From Candidatus Poribacteria bacterium (GTDB taxonomy: Bacteria > Poribacteria > WGA-4E > UBA9662), in contig JAYGDX010000231.1 of NCBI GenBank assembly GCA_046582655.1, positions 1-31,601 of the forward strand: a stretch of 31,601 nt of DNA, written 5' to 3'. Positions 1 to 8,417 of the stretch are shown one piece after another; the first letter of the stretch is position 1; the number at the start of each line of letters is the position of its first letter. A model generated the notes under the pieces. It saw nothing but the letters and a program-made list of their open reading frames with translations. It did no database searches and was not told the origin of the DNA. Both the position numbers and the translations under genes were made by a program.

Positions 1-879
1 GGAAAGTAAAGCTGTCTCCTCGAATTTGCCGTTACCCTGATTCTGAAACAGGAAGTTTGGATCTTGATCATTGGCCACGTAAAGGTCTTGATCGCCATCG
101 TTGTCGTAATCGCTGAAAGCGACACCTAAACCGTGACAGGCGGGAACATTCAAAAAGCCACTTTTTTCTGTCAGGTCAGTGAATGTCCCATTGCCGTTAT
201 TGTGATAGAAGATATCTGTATCCGGTGGATAAGCACGTGGTCCGCAATACTGCCATATTCCGCGTACATAGCATTTTTTGTCGTTTTCGACAGCATAGTC
301 GGCGTAGTTAGTAATGTACAGATCAAGGTTGCCATCATTATCGACATCAGCAAAGGCACAGCTTGTTCCCCATTGCGAATTTGCCGCTCCCGATTTCGTC
401 GACACATCAGTAAATGTTCCCTTACCGCTATTTTGGTAGAGCACATTGGGTCCAAAGTTAGCTATGTATAGATCCAAATCCCCATCGTTATCGTAATCAC
501 CGACGGCGCATCCTGTGCCGTAACCCGTGTTTCCCGTTCCTGTCAACTCCGTGACATCAGAAAAGGTCCCATCTCCATTGTTGCGATAAAGGAGGTTGGT
601 TGAAGAATTTTTGCCGAAAGGTTCAATCTGAGATCTTCCATTGACCAGGTAAATGTCGAGATATCCATCGTCATCGTAATCGAAGAATCCGCCGCCGGAA
701 CCCAAGAATTCATTGAAGAGCCGCTTTCCACTCTTACCGTCAGTGTGTTTAAAGTCAATTCCAGATCTGGTTACGGCAATGAAGCTAACCTTGGGTTGGG
801 AGGCAGTTACCGAAATGGTGAAAATGAGAAGGTGAAGGACCAGACAGGACATAAAACGTAAAACGTAAGATAAGGTCAC
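1..879 (-). CDS. CRTAC1-family FG-GAP repeat (ASPIC/UnbV-type) secreted protein, 5' part (runs off the window edge)
   Basis: Manual translation of the minus strand is open from GTG 879 (AAGGA upstream; alternative ATG 852) to base 1: ...SGIDFKHTDGKSGKRLFNEFLGSGGGFFDYDDDGYLDIYLVNG...GDYDNDGDLDLYIAN...DYDNDGDQDLYVANDQDPNFLFQNQGNGKFEE. Colinear paralog of 11348..13030. Probably absent from the ORF track because it has no stop in the window. Confidence 0.92.
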   Translation of the reverse strand, partial: MTLSYVLRFMSCLVLHLLIFTISVTASQPKVSFIAVTRSGIDFKHTDGKSGKRLFNEFLGSGGGFFDYDDDGYLDIYLVNGRSQIEPFGKNSSTNLLYRNNGDGTFSDVTELTGTGNTGYGTGCAVGDYDNDGDLDLYIANFGPNVLYQNSGKGTFTDVSTKSGAANSQWGTSCAFADVDNDGNLDLYITNYADYAVENDKKCYVRGIWQYCGPRAYPPDTDIFYHNNGNGTFTDLTEKSGFLNVPACHGLGVAFSDYDNDGDQDLYVANDQDPNFLFQNQGNGKFEETALLS

Positions 880-1943
880 TCGTTGATTTCCTTTGATTGT
901 CTGCCTTGGATTTTTTTTAGCATTTCATTGTATTTCTGGTTACCAGGGAAATTTCAATGGCACGCTTGATTGCTGCTTCGGCCTGTGGATATTGTTTGTA
1001 CTGGTAATAAACGTAAGCCACTGTATCAAAGTTTGAGGCGGTAGGGACTAACTCAACTGCGTGGTCCAGGTTTGTCTTCAGATCGGCGTATAGCCAGGCC
1101 AGATTGTTACAGGCACTGCAGATTTCGGATCAATTTCGATGACCTTTTTGAAGTCGTCAATAGCTTCACTCGGTTGATTCGCATTGATTCGCAAAATCCC
1201 TAGTCGTAACCAGGCTTGAGATTCGGTTGGATGAACCTTGACCAATTTGGCATAGGAGTCAAGCGCCTTTTCCAAATTGCCTTGCTGGATATAAATCTTT
1301 CCCAGTCCTTGAAGGGCTGATATCAACTTAAATATCCTGTTTGGCTGACCTGCTGAAGATATGACTCAGCTAAATCGTATTTCTGCTGACGAGCGTAAAT
1401 CCAACCCAGTTCAGATACAGTTCTACTGTGCTTTTATCTAATTGAACAACTTTCTGGCATGCGTCGATTGCTTCCTCAAATTTTCCTTTGCTTTATAGAC
1501 TATCCTCAGGTACAAGTTGACTACTTCGTGCGAGTTTCCCGCAGCCGTACTGTCAGGGCATGTTGGTAAGCGTCTGCAGCCTCGTTGAGCATATTCTTGA
1601 GACAATAAACTACGCCCATCCGGCAGTGGGCTGCGCTGTGTGCTGGGTGGAGTTTTAAAACTTCTTGGAATTTGGCAATGGCGTAATCGTAAAGTCCCAC
1701 TTCAGTATTATACATACCACGCTGAAAATGGGCATCCTCAGCCTGTTTTACTTTCGTTTGGCTGGCAGGGTTAACCGAAGTCGCAACAGCGGTGGAGGCA
1801 GGAAACCTGGATTCCTGGTAACTGAAAAATAGTAAACACATCGGCCAGATGCCAAAGAAGTCAACAATTTTCACTTGAAAATTTGTCCCGCTATTACTTT
1901 TGGTTAGACTAATACTTCTTTTTTCAGTAGCTTTAATCACCAC
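876..1943 (-). pseudogene. Decayed TPR protein gene, paralog of 13020..14540
   Basis: Fragments in different frames (AHFQRGMY..GLYDYAIAKFQEVL; GKFEEAIDACQKVVQLD; WIYARQQKYDLAESYLQ; QGLGKIYIQQGNLEKA; NLAWLYADLKTNLD; ASNFDTVAYVYY..AIKRAIEI) align in order to the intact TPR protein, with several frameshifts and a large internal deletion. Its stop TGA overlaps the CRTAC1 GTG start. Confidence 0.85.
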
Positions 1944-2202
1944 TGGGTTGCAATAAAGTGACTGATATTAAGTGTACCATGTTTATTGTGGTTTCAATAG
2001 AGCTTATCTCATTTGTTTTAGTTGGTGGGCAAGCAGGATATATGGCGTATAGTATGTTACTTCCGAAGATGAAGTGAAGGAATTGAGAGAGAAGGGAGGG
2101 CGTCCCGATAGAGCATTAGGCGTTAAACTAAAAAAAGCGCCTCAACAAGATTCGGTTTTCCTAATGTCGCTTGTTAGACTGTTTTTTCAGTTAAATTATG
2201 TC

Positions 2203-2232
2203 TTGAATATATCAGTATGAATCTGTTAAAAT
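2203..2232 (+). promoter_or_regulatory. Putative sigma70 promoter for 2369..3019
   Basis: TTGAAT-18bp-TAAAAT with extended -10 TG. Confidence 0.5.
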
Positions 2233-2368
2233 GCACAAATTGGTTTTATCGTAGTTGATGGACCCATTAAAGAATTGGGTTGGTTCAGGGATCGTTCGTT
2301 TGGCGATAATGGAACGCCAATTCAAGTGAGTTAACAATATAATATTTAACTAAACAAGGAAAATAATA

Positions 2369-3019
2369 ATGAAGAAGCATGTAACGTTCTTGCTAATTTG
2401 TTTTACGGTTGTTTTGGCCTTAGCATCGATAGGTCAGGCCCAGGAGAAGATAACAGGACCTTGGTTATGGATGATTACGCCAGCCGGCGATATTGGCGGT
2501 GCGGTAATGACGGATGTTGATACTTTATCAAAAGCCAGTGGTGGTTCAGTCACCCAAGAAGGCGTAGCCAAAAATGGTGTCAAAGCCGGCCAAACATGCG
2601 GGGATCAGGTGTGGACCTGGGGCGAAATTGCTGCTACTGGTGGTAATAATGTTAATGATATACTGGTTAAAATTGGTCTTGGCAAAGGTGATATCAATGC
2701 CCATGATTCCTGGGCCTATATTGAATTTGACGCGGCTGAGAAAAAAGGCGTAACGGCCAAAGTGGGTAGTGATGACTCAATCAAAGTCTGGCTCAATGGC
2801 GAGGTTGTCCACAAGAACGCTGTTGATCGCGGAGCTGGAGATTTCCAGGATACCTTCAAGGTTGACTTGGTAAACGGTCTAAATCGTCTGTTGGTCAAGG
2901 TTGGTGAAAAAGGCGGCGGTTGGAGCATGTTCGTTGGAATCGATGCCAACTATAATATCGTGGCTGTTGAGTCGGCAGGAAAATTGTCAACCACATGGGC
3001 CAAAATTAAGAACCAATAG
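2369..3019 (+). CDS. Secreted beta-sandwich (PA14/galactose-binding-like) protein, one domain, with C-terminal KLxTxW motif (array member 1)
   Basis: AAGGA RBS; Sec signal peptide ending GQA; motifs GPWLWM, GGNNVND, GSDDSIKVWLNG, DRGAG, EKGGGWSMFVG; tail AVESAGKLSTTWAKIKNQ. Confidence 0.85.
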   Translation: MKKHVTFLLICFTVVLALASIGQAQEKITGPWLWMITPAGDIGGAVMTDVDTLSKASGGSVTQEGVAKNGVKAGQTCGDQVWTWGEIAATGGNNVNDILVKIGLGKGDINAHDSWAYIEFDAAEKKGVTAKVGSDDSIKVWLNGEVVHKNAVDRGAGDFQDTFKVDLVNGLNRLLVKVGEKGGGWSMFVGIDANYNIVAVESAGKLSTTWAKIKNQ

Positions 3020-3058
3020 ATTCAATCTCGACAGGAATTCAGTCTAGATCTGTCATAT

Positions 3059-3110
3059 AAAACCCAGGTTGCTGCCTTCGTTTTAACTGGGCAAGCGGCT
3101 TGGGTTTTTT
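3059..3110 (+). terminator. Putative rho-independent terminator
   Basis: Imperfect stem aaaacccagg...cttgggtttttt downstream of the 3019 stop. Confidence 0.55.
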
Positions 3111-3214
3111 AAATGCCGGCAATCGTTATACTATCATGTTTAAAGCCTGTTATAGACTAGTTAAAACAGGGGAAAATATTTGAATTTTCACTCAGTTTAG
3201 GGCCATTTTTAGGG

Positions 3215-3243
3215 TTGACGGCACTTATTTCTTGTGTTACAAT
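3215..3243 (+). promoter_or_regulatory. Strong sigma70-type promoter for 3326..4579
   Basis: TTGACG-17bp-TACAAT with extended -10 TG. Confidence 0.7.
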
Positions 3244-3249
3244 GCAGCT

Positions 3250-3265
3250 TCAGTAATATTACTGA
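3250..3265. promoter_or_regulatory. Perfect 16-bp palindrome at the predicted +1, candidate operator
   Basis: TCAGTAATATTACTGA is self-complementary and lies 6 bp after the -10 box. Confidence 0.5.
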
Positions 3266-3325
3266 GTATGTATGATGGTTGGATGACAGCCATTTTAACC
3301 CTTAATATTAAGGAGTAAAATCAAA

Positions 3326-4579
3326 ATGAGAAGAAGCATTTTGCTTTTCAGTTTATGTCTCGCGATGGTATTTATCTTCATGGGGATAAACGTTGCAGAT
3401 GCTCAGCCACCCAAGATTTCCAAAGGATGGTTGTGGATGGTAGCCAAGACTTCCTCACCTGGGGGTTCGGCCGCACTGGCATCCAAGGTGGATTGGTTGG
3501 CTGAAGCCACTGGTAAGCTTGAAACAGGGCAAAAAGTCTCCGAAGCTAAGGTTGCTACAAGTGGCGTCAAAGCCGGTGATAAGGTTGGTGATCTAAAGTG
3601 GACCAAAGGCGATCTCGCGGTTACTGGCGGTAACAACATTAACGATCTGATGGTCAAGCTTGGTTTTGGTAAAGGTGACATCCAGGACAGCGTCGCTTAT
3701 GGTGTTATTGAGCTTGATTCGCCAAAAGAGCAAAAAGCTCAGCTTCATACTGGTAGCGATGATGCTGTTCAGGTTTGGCTCAATGGCAAATCGGTCCAAA
3801 GAGTGGAAAAGGATCGTGGCGCTGGCGATTACCAAGAGCAAATAGATGTTACCCTCAAGCAGGGTAAAAATATCCTGATGGCCGCTTCATATGAAAAAGG
3901 CGGTGGATGGAGCATGTTTGTTGGCGTCAATGCCGATTTTACCACTTCTGGCGGTGATAAGGTTTCATATGTAAAGCCTCCACCAAAACCAGGTGCTAAG
4001 ATTCTGGATTGGCTTTGGGTGATTGCGCCGACTGCCTCACCTGGTGGTGCGGCTGCGCTGAACTCCAAGAAAGACTGGTTGGCTGAAGCTAGTGGCGGTA
4101 AAGTTACTGAAAAAGGCGTCGCTTCCGGCGGGGCCAGAGAAGGTAATGTCGTTGGTGACCTAAAGTGGACCTTCGGTAAAATTGCTGCTACTGGTGGTAA
4201 CAACGTTAACGACCTGATGGTCGAGCTCAAGCTGGGTGCAGGCGACATCCAGGACAGCGTCGCTTATGCAGTGACTCATATCTTCGGCAAAGGTGGCACG
4301 ACCACTTTGCATACTGGTAGTGATGATGCTATCCAGGTCTGGCTCAACGGCGAAGTGGTCCAGAGTGTGCCAAAGGATCGTGGTGCTGGTAACTATCAGG
4401 AGAAAACAGAAGTCACTTTGAAATCTGGTGATAATATCCTGATGGTCGCTACGTACGAAAAAGGCGGCGGTTGGAGCATGTTTGTTGGGTTTGACGATGG
4501 TGTTACCTATGAAGCTCTTGCGCCAGTCGAACCTAAGGATAAACTTGTTACAACTTGGGGTAAGCTTAAAAGTTTTTAG
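3326..4579 (+). CDS. Secreted two-domain beta-sandwich protein with C-terminal KLxTxW motif (array member 2)
   Basis: AAGGAG RBS; signal peptide ending ADA; two domain copies (GSDDAVQVWLNG, GSDDAIQVWLNG) joined by a KPPPKPG linker; tail PVEPKDKLVTTWGKLKSF. Confidence 0.88.
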   Translation: MRRSILLFSLCLAMVFIFMGINVADAQPPKISKGWLWMVAKTSSPGGSAALASKVDWLAEATGKLETGQKVSEAKVATSGVKAGDKVGDLKWTKGDLAVTGGNNINDLMVKLGFGKGDIQDSVAYGVIELDSPKEQKAQLHTGSDDAVQVWLNGKSVQRVEKDRGAGDYQEQIDVTLKQGKNILMAASYEKGGGWSMFVGVNADFTTSGGDKVSYVKPPPKPGAKILDWLWVIAPTASPGGAAALNSKKDWLAEASGGKVTEKGVASGGAREGNVVGDLKWTFGKIAATGGNNVNDLMVELKLGAGDIQDSVAYAVTHIFGKGGTTTLHTGSDDAIQVWLNGEVVQSVPKDRGAGNYQEKTEVTLKSGDNILMVATYEKGGGWSMFVGFDDGVTYEALAPVEPKDKLVTTWGKLKSF

Positions 4580-4606
4580 TCCCAAGTTCTAAAAAGCTGA
4601 ATAATT

Positions 4607-4640
4607 AAAAAAGGCGGGTTCGCTGGAACCCGCCTTTTTT
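4607..4640. terminator. Rho-independent terminator (bidirectional shape)
   Basis: A6-GGCGGGTTC-gctg-GAACCCGCC-T6. Confidence 0.85.
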
Positions 4641-4651
4641 AGTTGTCTAAT

Positions 4652-4697
4652 CTGGGGAGGATGTGCGGTGAAAACTGGGGAGGATGTGCGGTGAAAA
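4652..4697 (+). repeat. Perfect 23-bp tandem duplication containing the RBS and GTG start
   Basis: CTGGGGAGGATGTGCGGTGAAAA x2 (4652-4674, 4675-4697). Confidence 0.95.
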
Positions 4698-5953
4698 ACA
4701 AAGTTTTTATTGTCCCATTGGTCTTCTGTGTTTTGTTATCTGTTTGGGTTCAGTGTGGAAATGCGCAGGACAAGATTGTAGGTCCATGGCTGTGGATGTG
4801 TGTCAAAGTTGATGGTGCGGTTGGAGGTGCAGCTGTTACTGATCAGGATACGCTCAAGCTGAGAAGTGATGGTAAAGTCACGGAAGAGAAGGTGGCTAAG
4901 GACGGTGTCAAGGCTGGAGACAAGGTGGGAAACCTTTCTTGGGAGAAAGCAAGTATTGCCGATGCGGGAGGGAATAATGTTAATGCTGTTGCTAACAAAA
5001 TTGACCATTGTAACGGTGATTGCAATAACATCAGTTCCTATGCCTTTATCGAGATTGAAGCCACCAGCGCAGGAAACCGGACGATGAGGGTTGGCAGTGA
5101 CGATTCCATTAAGGTCTGGTTCAATGGTAAAGTGGTGCATAAGAATGCGGTTGATCGCGGAGCTGGAGATTTTCAGGATAACTTTAAAGTTGCAGTCAAA
5201 AAAGGCAAGAACTTGTTGCTGGTCAAAGTCGGTGAAAAAGGTGGCGGTTGGAGTATGTTCGTGGGTATGGAAGGCAAATTTACGGCTGCAGGTAAAAAGT
5301 ATCCAAAAGGCGGTGGTGATGGTAAGATCGAGTTGCCAGGGGACAAAATTACTGGACCTTGGTTGTGGATGATGGCGGAGGCCAAAGCGGGGCAAGGTGG
5401 TGCAGCTTCTACTGATTTTGATTCCCTGGATGAGGCTAGCAGAGGTAAAGTTACAGAAGAAAAGATTGCTGAAGAAGGGGCTAAAGCAGGTCAAAAAGTA
5501 GGTAAGTTGAAGTGGACCAAAGGTGAAATTTCGGCGCAAGGCGGAAACAATGTCAATGATCTCATGGTCAAGCTTAAGCTGGGAAACGGTGATATAAATC
5601 ATCATTCTTCCTATGCCTATATCAATGTTGTCTCTCCCGATGACCGGAGTGGCCTGTGTTGGGTTGGTAGCGATGATTCCATCAAGGTTTGGTTGAATGG
5701 TGAGGAAGTGCATAGGAATGCTGTTGACCGAGGTGCTGGTAATTTTCAAGATAAGTTCGAAATCGACTTGAATAAAGGAGATAATCCACTGCTGGTTAAG
5801 GTTAGTGAAAAAGGTGGAGGTTGGAGTATGTTTGTTGGTTTCGATACCACGACGGAAAAAGGTTTGAAATTTAATGTCAAGCAACCGAAATTGGCAGTGG
5901 ATTTAGATGATAAGTTGGTGACGGCTTGGGGTAAGATTAAGAACCCATCTTAA
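4691..5953 (+). CDS. Secreted two-domain beta-sandwich protein with C-terminal KLxTxW motif (array member 3)
   Basis: GTG 4691 preferred over the track start at 4643 (GGAGG 7 nt upstream; signal peptide VKNKVFIVPLVFCVLL...GNA); two GSDDSIKVW domains; tail AVDLDDKLVTAWGKIKNPS. Confidence 0.87.
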   Translation: MKNKVFIVPLVFCVLLSVWVQCGNAQDKIVGPWLWMCVKVDGAVGGAAVTDQDTLKLRSDGKVTEEKVAKDGVKAGDKVGNLSWEKASIADAGGNNVNAVANKIDHCNGDCNNISSYAFIEIEATSAGNRTMRVGSDDSIKVWFNGKVVHKNAVDRGAGDFQDNFKVAVKKGKNLLLVKVGEKGGGWSMFVGMEGKFTAAGKKYPKGGGDGKIELPGDKITGPWLWMMAEAKAGQGGAASTDFDSLDEASRGKVTEEKIAEEGAKAGQKVGKLKWTKGEISAQGGNNVNDLMVKLKLGNGDINHHSSYAYINVVSPDDRSGLCWVGSDDSIKVWLNGEEVHRNAVDRGAGNFQDKFEIDLNKGDNPLLVKVSEKGGGWSMFVGFDTTTEKGLKFNVKQPKLAVDLDDKLVTAWGKIKNPS

Positions 5954-6153
5954 GTGTCAGGCCAAGTAATGAAGTTCCTTAGGGTAAGGGGTTTTATGCT
6001 CTCGTTCCGTTTAGTGTTTTGATGGTGTTAACGTATTGTTTGTAAATGCTTCAGGTATGCAAGTCAGCATCCTGATTCTAGGGTATGACGCGGTTTAAGA
6101 CCGCTTTGCTGGTTGTTTTTCGAAGGAACGAAAATATTTTGGTATGTATGTGC

Positions 6154-6182
6154 TTGATGAAGACTCAATCCATTGATAGACT
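6154..6182 (+). promoter_or_regulatory. Putative sigma70 promoter for member 4
   Basis: TTGATG-17bp-TAGACT with extended -10 TG. Confidence 0.45.
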
Positions 6183-6225
6183 TTGAGAGGATAAAAATAA
6201 GCCTGAATAAATGGGGGGGAGTGAA

Positions 6226-7521
6226 ATGAAAAGTAGGTTGGTTCTTGTCTTATTGGTTTACCTTGTTTTGCTGTCTGTTTGGGTTCAGCGCGGAAATGCA
6301 CAGGACAAGATTGTAGGTCCATGGCTGTGGATGTGTGTCAAAGTTGATGGAATTGGAGGTGCAGTCGCTACTGATCAGGATACGCTCAAGCTGAGAAGTG
6401 ATGGTCAAGTCACGGAAGAGAAGGTGGCTAAAAACGGCGTCAAAGTGGGTGATAAAGTTGGGAAATTGGTTTGGAGTCCAGCTAAAATCGCTGAAGCCGG
6501 GGGGAACAACGTTAATCCTGTTGCCAACGTGCTTGATTTCTGTGACGGTGATTGCAATAACATCACTTCCTATGCCTTTATTGAGATTGAAGTGGACAAC
6601 GCAGGGAACCGGACGATGAAGGTTGGCAGTGACGATTCCATCAAGGTCTGGTTCAATGGTGAAGTGGTGCATAAGAATGCGGTTGATCGCGGTGCGGGGA
6701 ATTTCCAAGATAATTTTAAGGTTGCAGTCAAAAAAGGCAAGAACTTGCTGTTGGTCAAAGTCAGTGAACGTGGCGGCGGTTGGAGTATGTTCGTGGGTAT
6801 GGAAGGCAAATTTACAGCTGCAGGCAAAAAGTACCCAGGAGGGGGCGGTGATGGTGACCTGGGGGACGGTGATGATGATGGTGGTCCGGTTCGTGGTGGC
6901 GTAGCGGGGGATAAGATTACTGGCCCCTGGTTATGGATGATGGCAGCGGCTAAACCGAATCAAGGCGGAGCAGCTTCTACTGACTTTGATTCCCTAGATG
7001 AAGCTAGCAAAGGTAAAGTTACGGAAAAAAAGGTTGCTAAGGAAGGGGCTAAAGCAGGTCAAAAAGTAGGTAAACTGAAATGGACCAAAGGTGAAATTTC
7101 GGCTCAAGGCGGCAATAATGTCAATGATCTCATGGTCAAGCTTAAGCTGGGAAAAGGGGATATAAATCATCATTCTTCCTATGCCTATGTTAATGTGGTT
7201 TCTCCTGGCAATCGTGAAGGTGTGGGTTTTGCCGGTAGTGATGACTCAATCAAGATCTGGTTGAATGGCAAGGTTGTGCATCGAAATGCGGTTGACCGAG
7301 GTGCTGGCAATTTTCAAGATAAGTTCAATGTCACGCTGAAGAAAGGAGACAATCCCTTTCTGGTTAAAGTCAGCGAAAAAGGCGGCGGATGGAGCATGTT
7401 TGTTGGCTTCGATACTAAGACGGAGAGAGGGCTTAGATTTAATACCAAGCAAGCAAAAATGGCAGTTGATTCAACTGATAAGCTGGTAACAGTTTGGGGC
7501 AAGCTTAAAAGGTCGTCATAA
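6226..7521 (+). CDS. Secreted two-domain beta-sandwich protein with C-terminal KLxTxW motif (array member 4), close paralog of member 3
   Basis: ATG 6226 after a G-rich RBS; signal peptide ending GNA; two domains with a Gly/Asp-rich linker; tail AVDSTDKLVTVWGKLKRSS. Confidence 0.87.
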   Translation: MKSRLVLVLLVYLVLLSVWVQRGNAQDKIVGPWLWMCVKVDGIGGAVATDQDTLKLRSDGQVTEEKVAKNGVKVGDKVGKLVWSPAKIAEAGGNNVNPVANVLDFCDGDCNNITSYAFIEIEVDNAGNRTMKVGSDDSIKVWFNGEVVHKNAVDRGAGNFQDNFKVAVKKGKNLLLVKVSERGGGWSMFVGMEGKFTAAGKKYPGGGGDGDLGDGDDDGGPVRGGVAGDKITGPWLWMMAAAKPNQGGAASTDFDSLDEASKGKVTEKKVAKEGAKAGQKVGKLKWTKGEISAQGGNNVNDLMVKLKLGKGDINHHSSYAYVNVVSPGNREGVGFAGSDDSIKIWLNGKVVHRNAVDRGAGNFQDKFNVTLKKGDNPFLVKVSEKGGGWSMFVGFDTKTERGLRFNTKQAKMAVDSTDKLVTVWGKLKRSS

Positions 7522-7573
7522 TCTTTCACTGGGCTGAGGGTGATTTTAATTGCTTGATAGTTGGGCGTTGTCC

Positions 7574-7602
7574 TTGTCAATTTTGTTGTAATGTTGTATA
7601 TT
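7574..7602 (+). promoter_or_regulatory. Putative sigma70 promoter for member 5
   Basis: TTGTCA-17bp-TATATT. Confidence 0.55.
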
Positions 7603-7632
7603 ATTTGGCAACGAGGGTTGTGAGGTGAAAAG

Positions 7633-8322
7633 ATGCTAAGCAGAATAATTATCTTGTTGAGTTGTGTAATTGTTTTTGGTTTGCAGGCAGAATATGTAAT
7701 GGCCATAGATAAGATTACTGGTCCATGGTACTGGATTATGGTCAAGACTTCTTCGCCCGGAGGAGCTGTGGTGACCGACGAGGATTGGATAAAAGATGGA
7801 ACGAAGGGTAAATTGACGGAAGATAAACTTGCCAAGGACGGAATCACCAAAAAGATTATGTCTATTAAGTTTAAGAATAAACTTAAATGGAAAGAAGGTG
7901 AAATCACCCCCACTGGCGGCAACAACGTCAATGATATGTTGGTTAAGATTAAGCATGCTGTTGGTGATGTCAATGATCATTGTTCCTACGCAGTTATCAA
8001 TGCTGTGTCTAAACAAGCCAAAAAAGGCGTAACAGCCAGAGTTGGCAGCGACGATTCAATCAAAGTCTGGATCAATGGTAGGGACGTTCATACCAATAAA
8101 GTTGACCGAGGAGCTGGAGATTTTCAGGATACTTTTGATGTGAACCTGAAAAAAGGTGGGAATGTCTTGGTGGTAAAAGTCTGTGAAAAAGGCGGCGGAT
8201 GGAGCATGTTTGTCGGTATTGACGCTAATCTGACCTACGACCTTAAATTTAAAGGGTTTCCGGTTGAACCGAATAGCAAGCTGGCTACATCCTGGAGTTG
8301 GGTAAAAACCCAGAGAATTTAA
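7633..8322 (+). CDS. Secreted single-domain beta-sandwich protein with C-terminal KLxTxW motif (array member 5)
   Basis: GAGGTG RBS; signal peptide; GSDDSIKVWING, EKGGGWSMFVG; tail PVEPNSKLATSWSWVKTQRI. Confidence 0.85.
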   Translation: MLSRIIILLSCVIVFGLQAEYVMAIDKITGPWYWIMVKTSSPGGAVVTDEDWIKDGTKGKLTEDKLAKDGITKKIMSIKFKNKLKWKEGEITPTGGNNVNDMLVKIKHAVGDVNDHCSYAVINAVSKQAKKGVTARVGSDDSIKVWINGRDVHTNKVDRGAGDFQDTFDVNLKKGGNVLVVKVCEKGGGWSMFVGIDANLTYDLKFKGFPVEPNSKLATSWSWVKTQRI

Positions 8323-8347
8323 GACCCAAACCGAAAACTGAAGGCGA

Positions 8348-8391
8348 AATAAATAAGGGCGCGTTATGCATAAGGCGCGCCCTTATTTATT
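8348..8391. terminator. Bidirectional terminator between convergent genes
   Basis: Perfect 16-bp stem AATAAATAAGGGCGCG / CGCGCCCTTATTTATT. Confidence 0.8.
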
Positions 8392-8417
8392 CCTGGAATT
8401 GGCAGTTATGAATCCGT

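Noticed and set aside
133..758. ORFs 133-471, 171-455 and 543-758 as genes, or a broken CRTAC1 gene
   Set aside because: They are off-frame shadows. The real frame (879 to 1, minus strand) is uninterrupted and only truncated by the window edge.
2028..2160. Purine-rich stretch resembling a gene remnant or ncRNA
   Set aside because: No recognisable protein motif or RNA family structure.
4736..5884. 382-aa antisense ORF and other long antisense ORFs over the array (3829-4248, 6250-6708, 7314-7973)
   Set aside because: Shadow frames of strongly patterned sense genes, with no recognisable motifs or signal features.
6213..6219. G7 tract in the RBS of member 4 as a phase-variation switch
   Set aside because: Too short, and it lies upstream of the probable start, so it would not shift the frame.
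2369..8322. CRISPR array or DGR template/variable repeat pair as the explanation for the repeated DNA
   Set aside because: The repeats are protein-domain duplications inside ORFs. Differences are not adenine-specific, there is no regular spacer structure, and no cas or RT gene is present.
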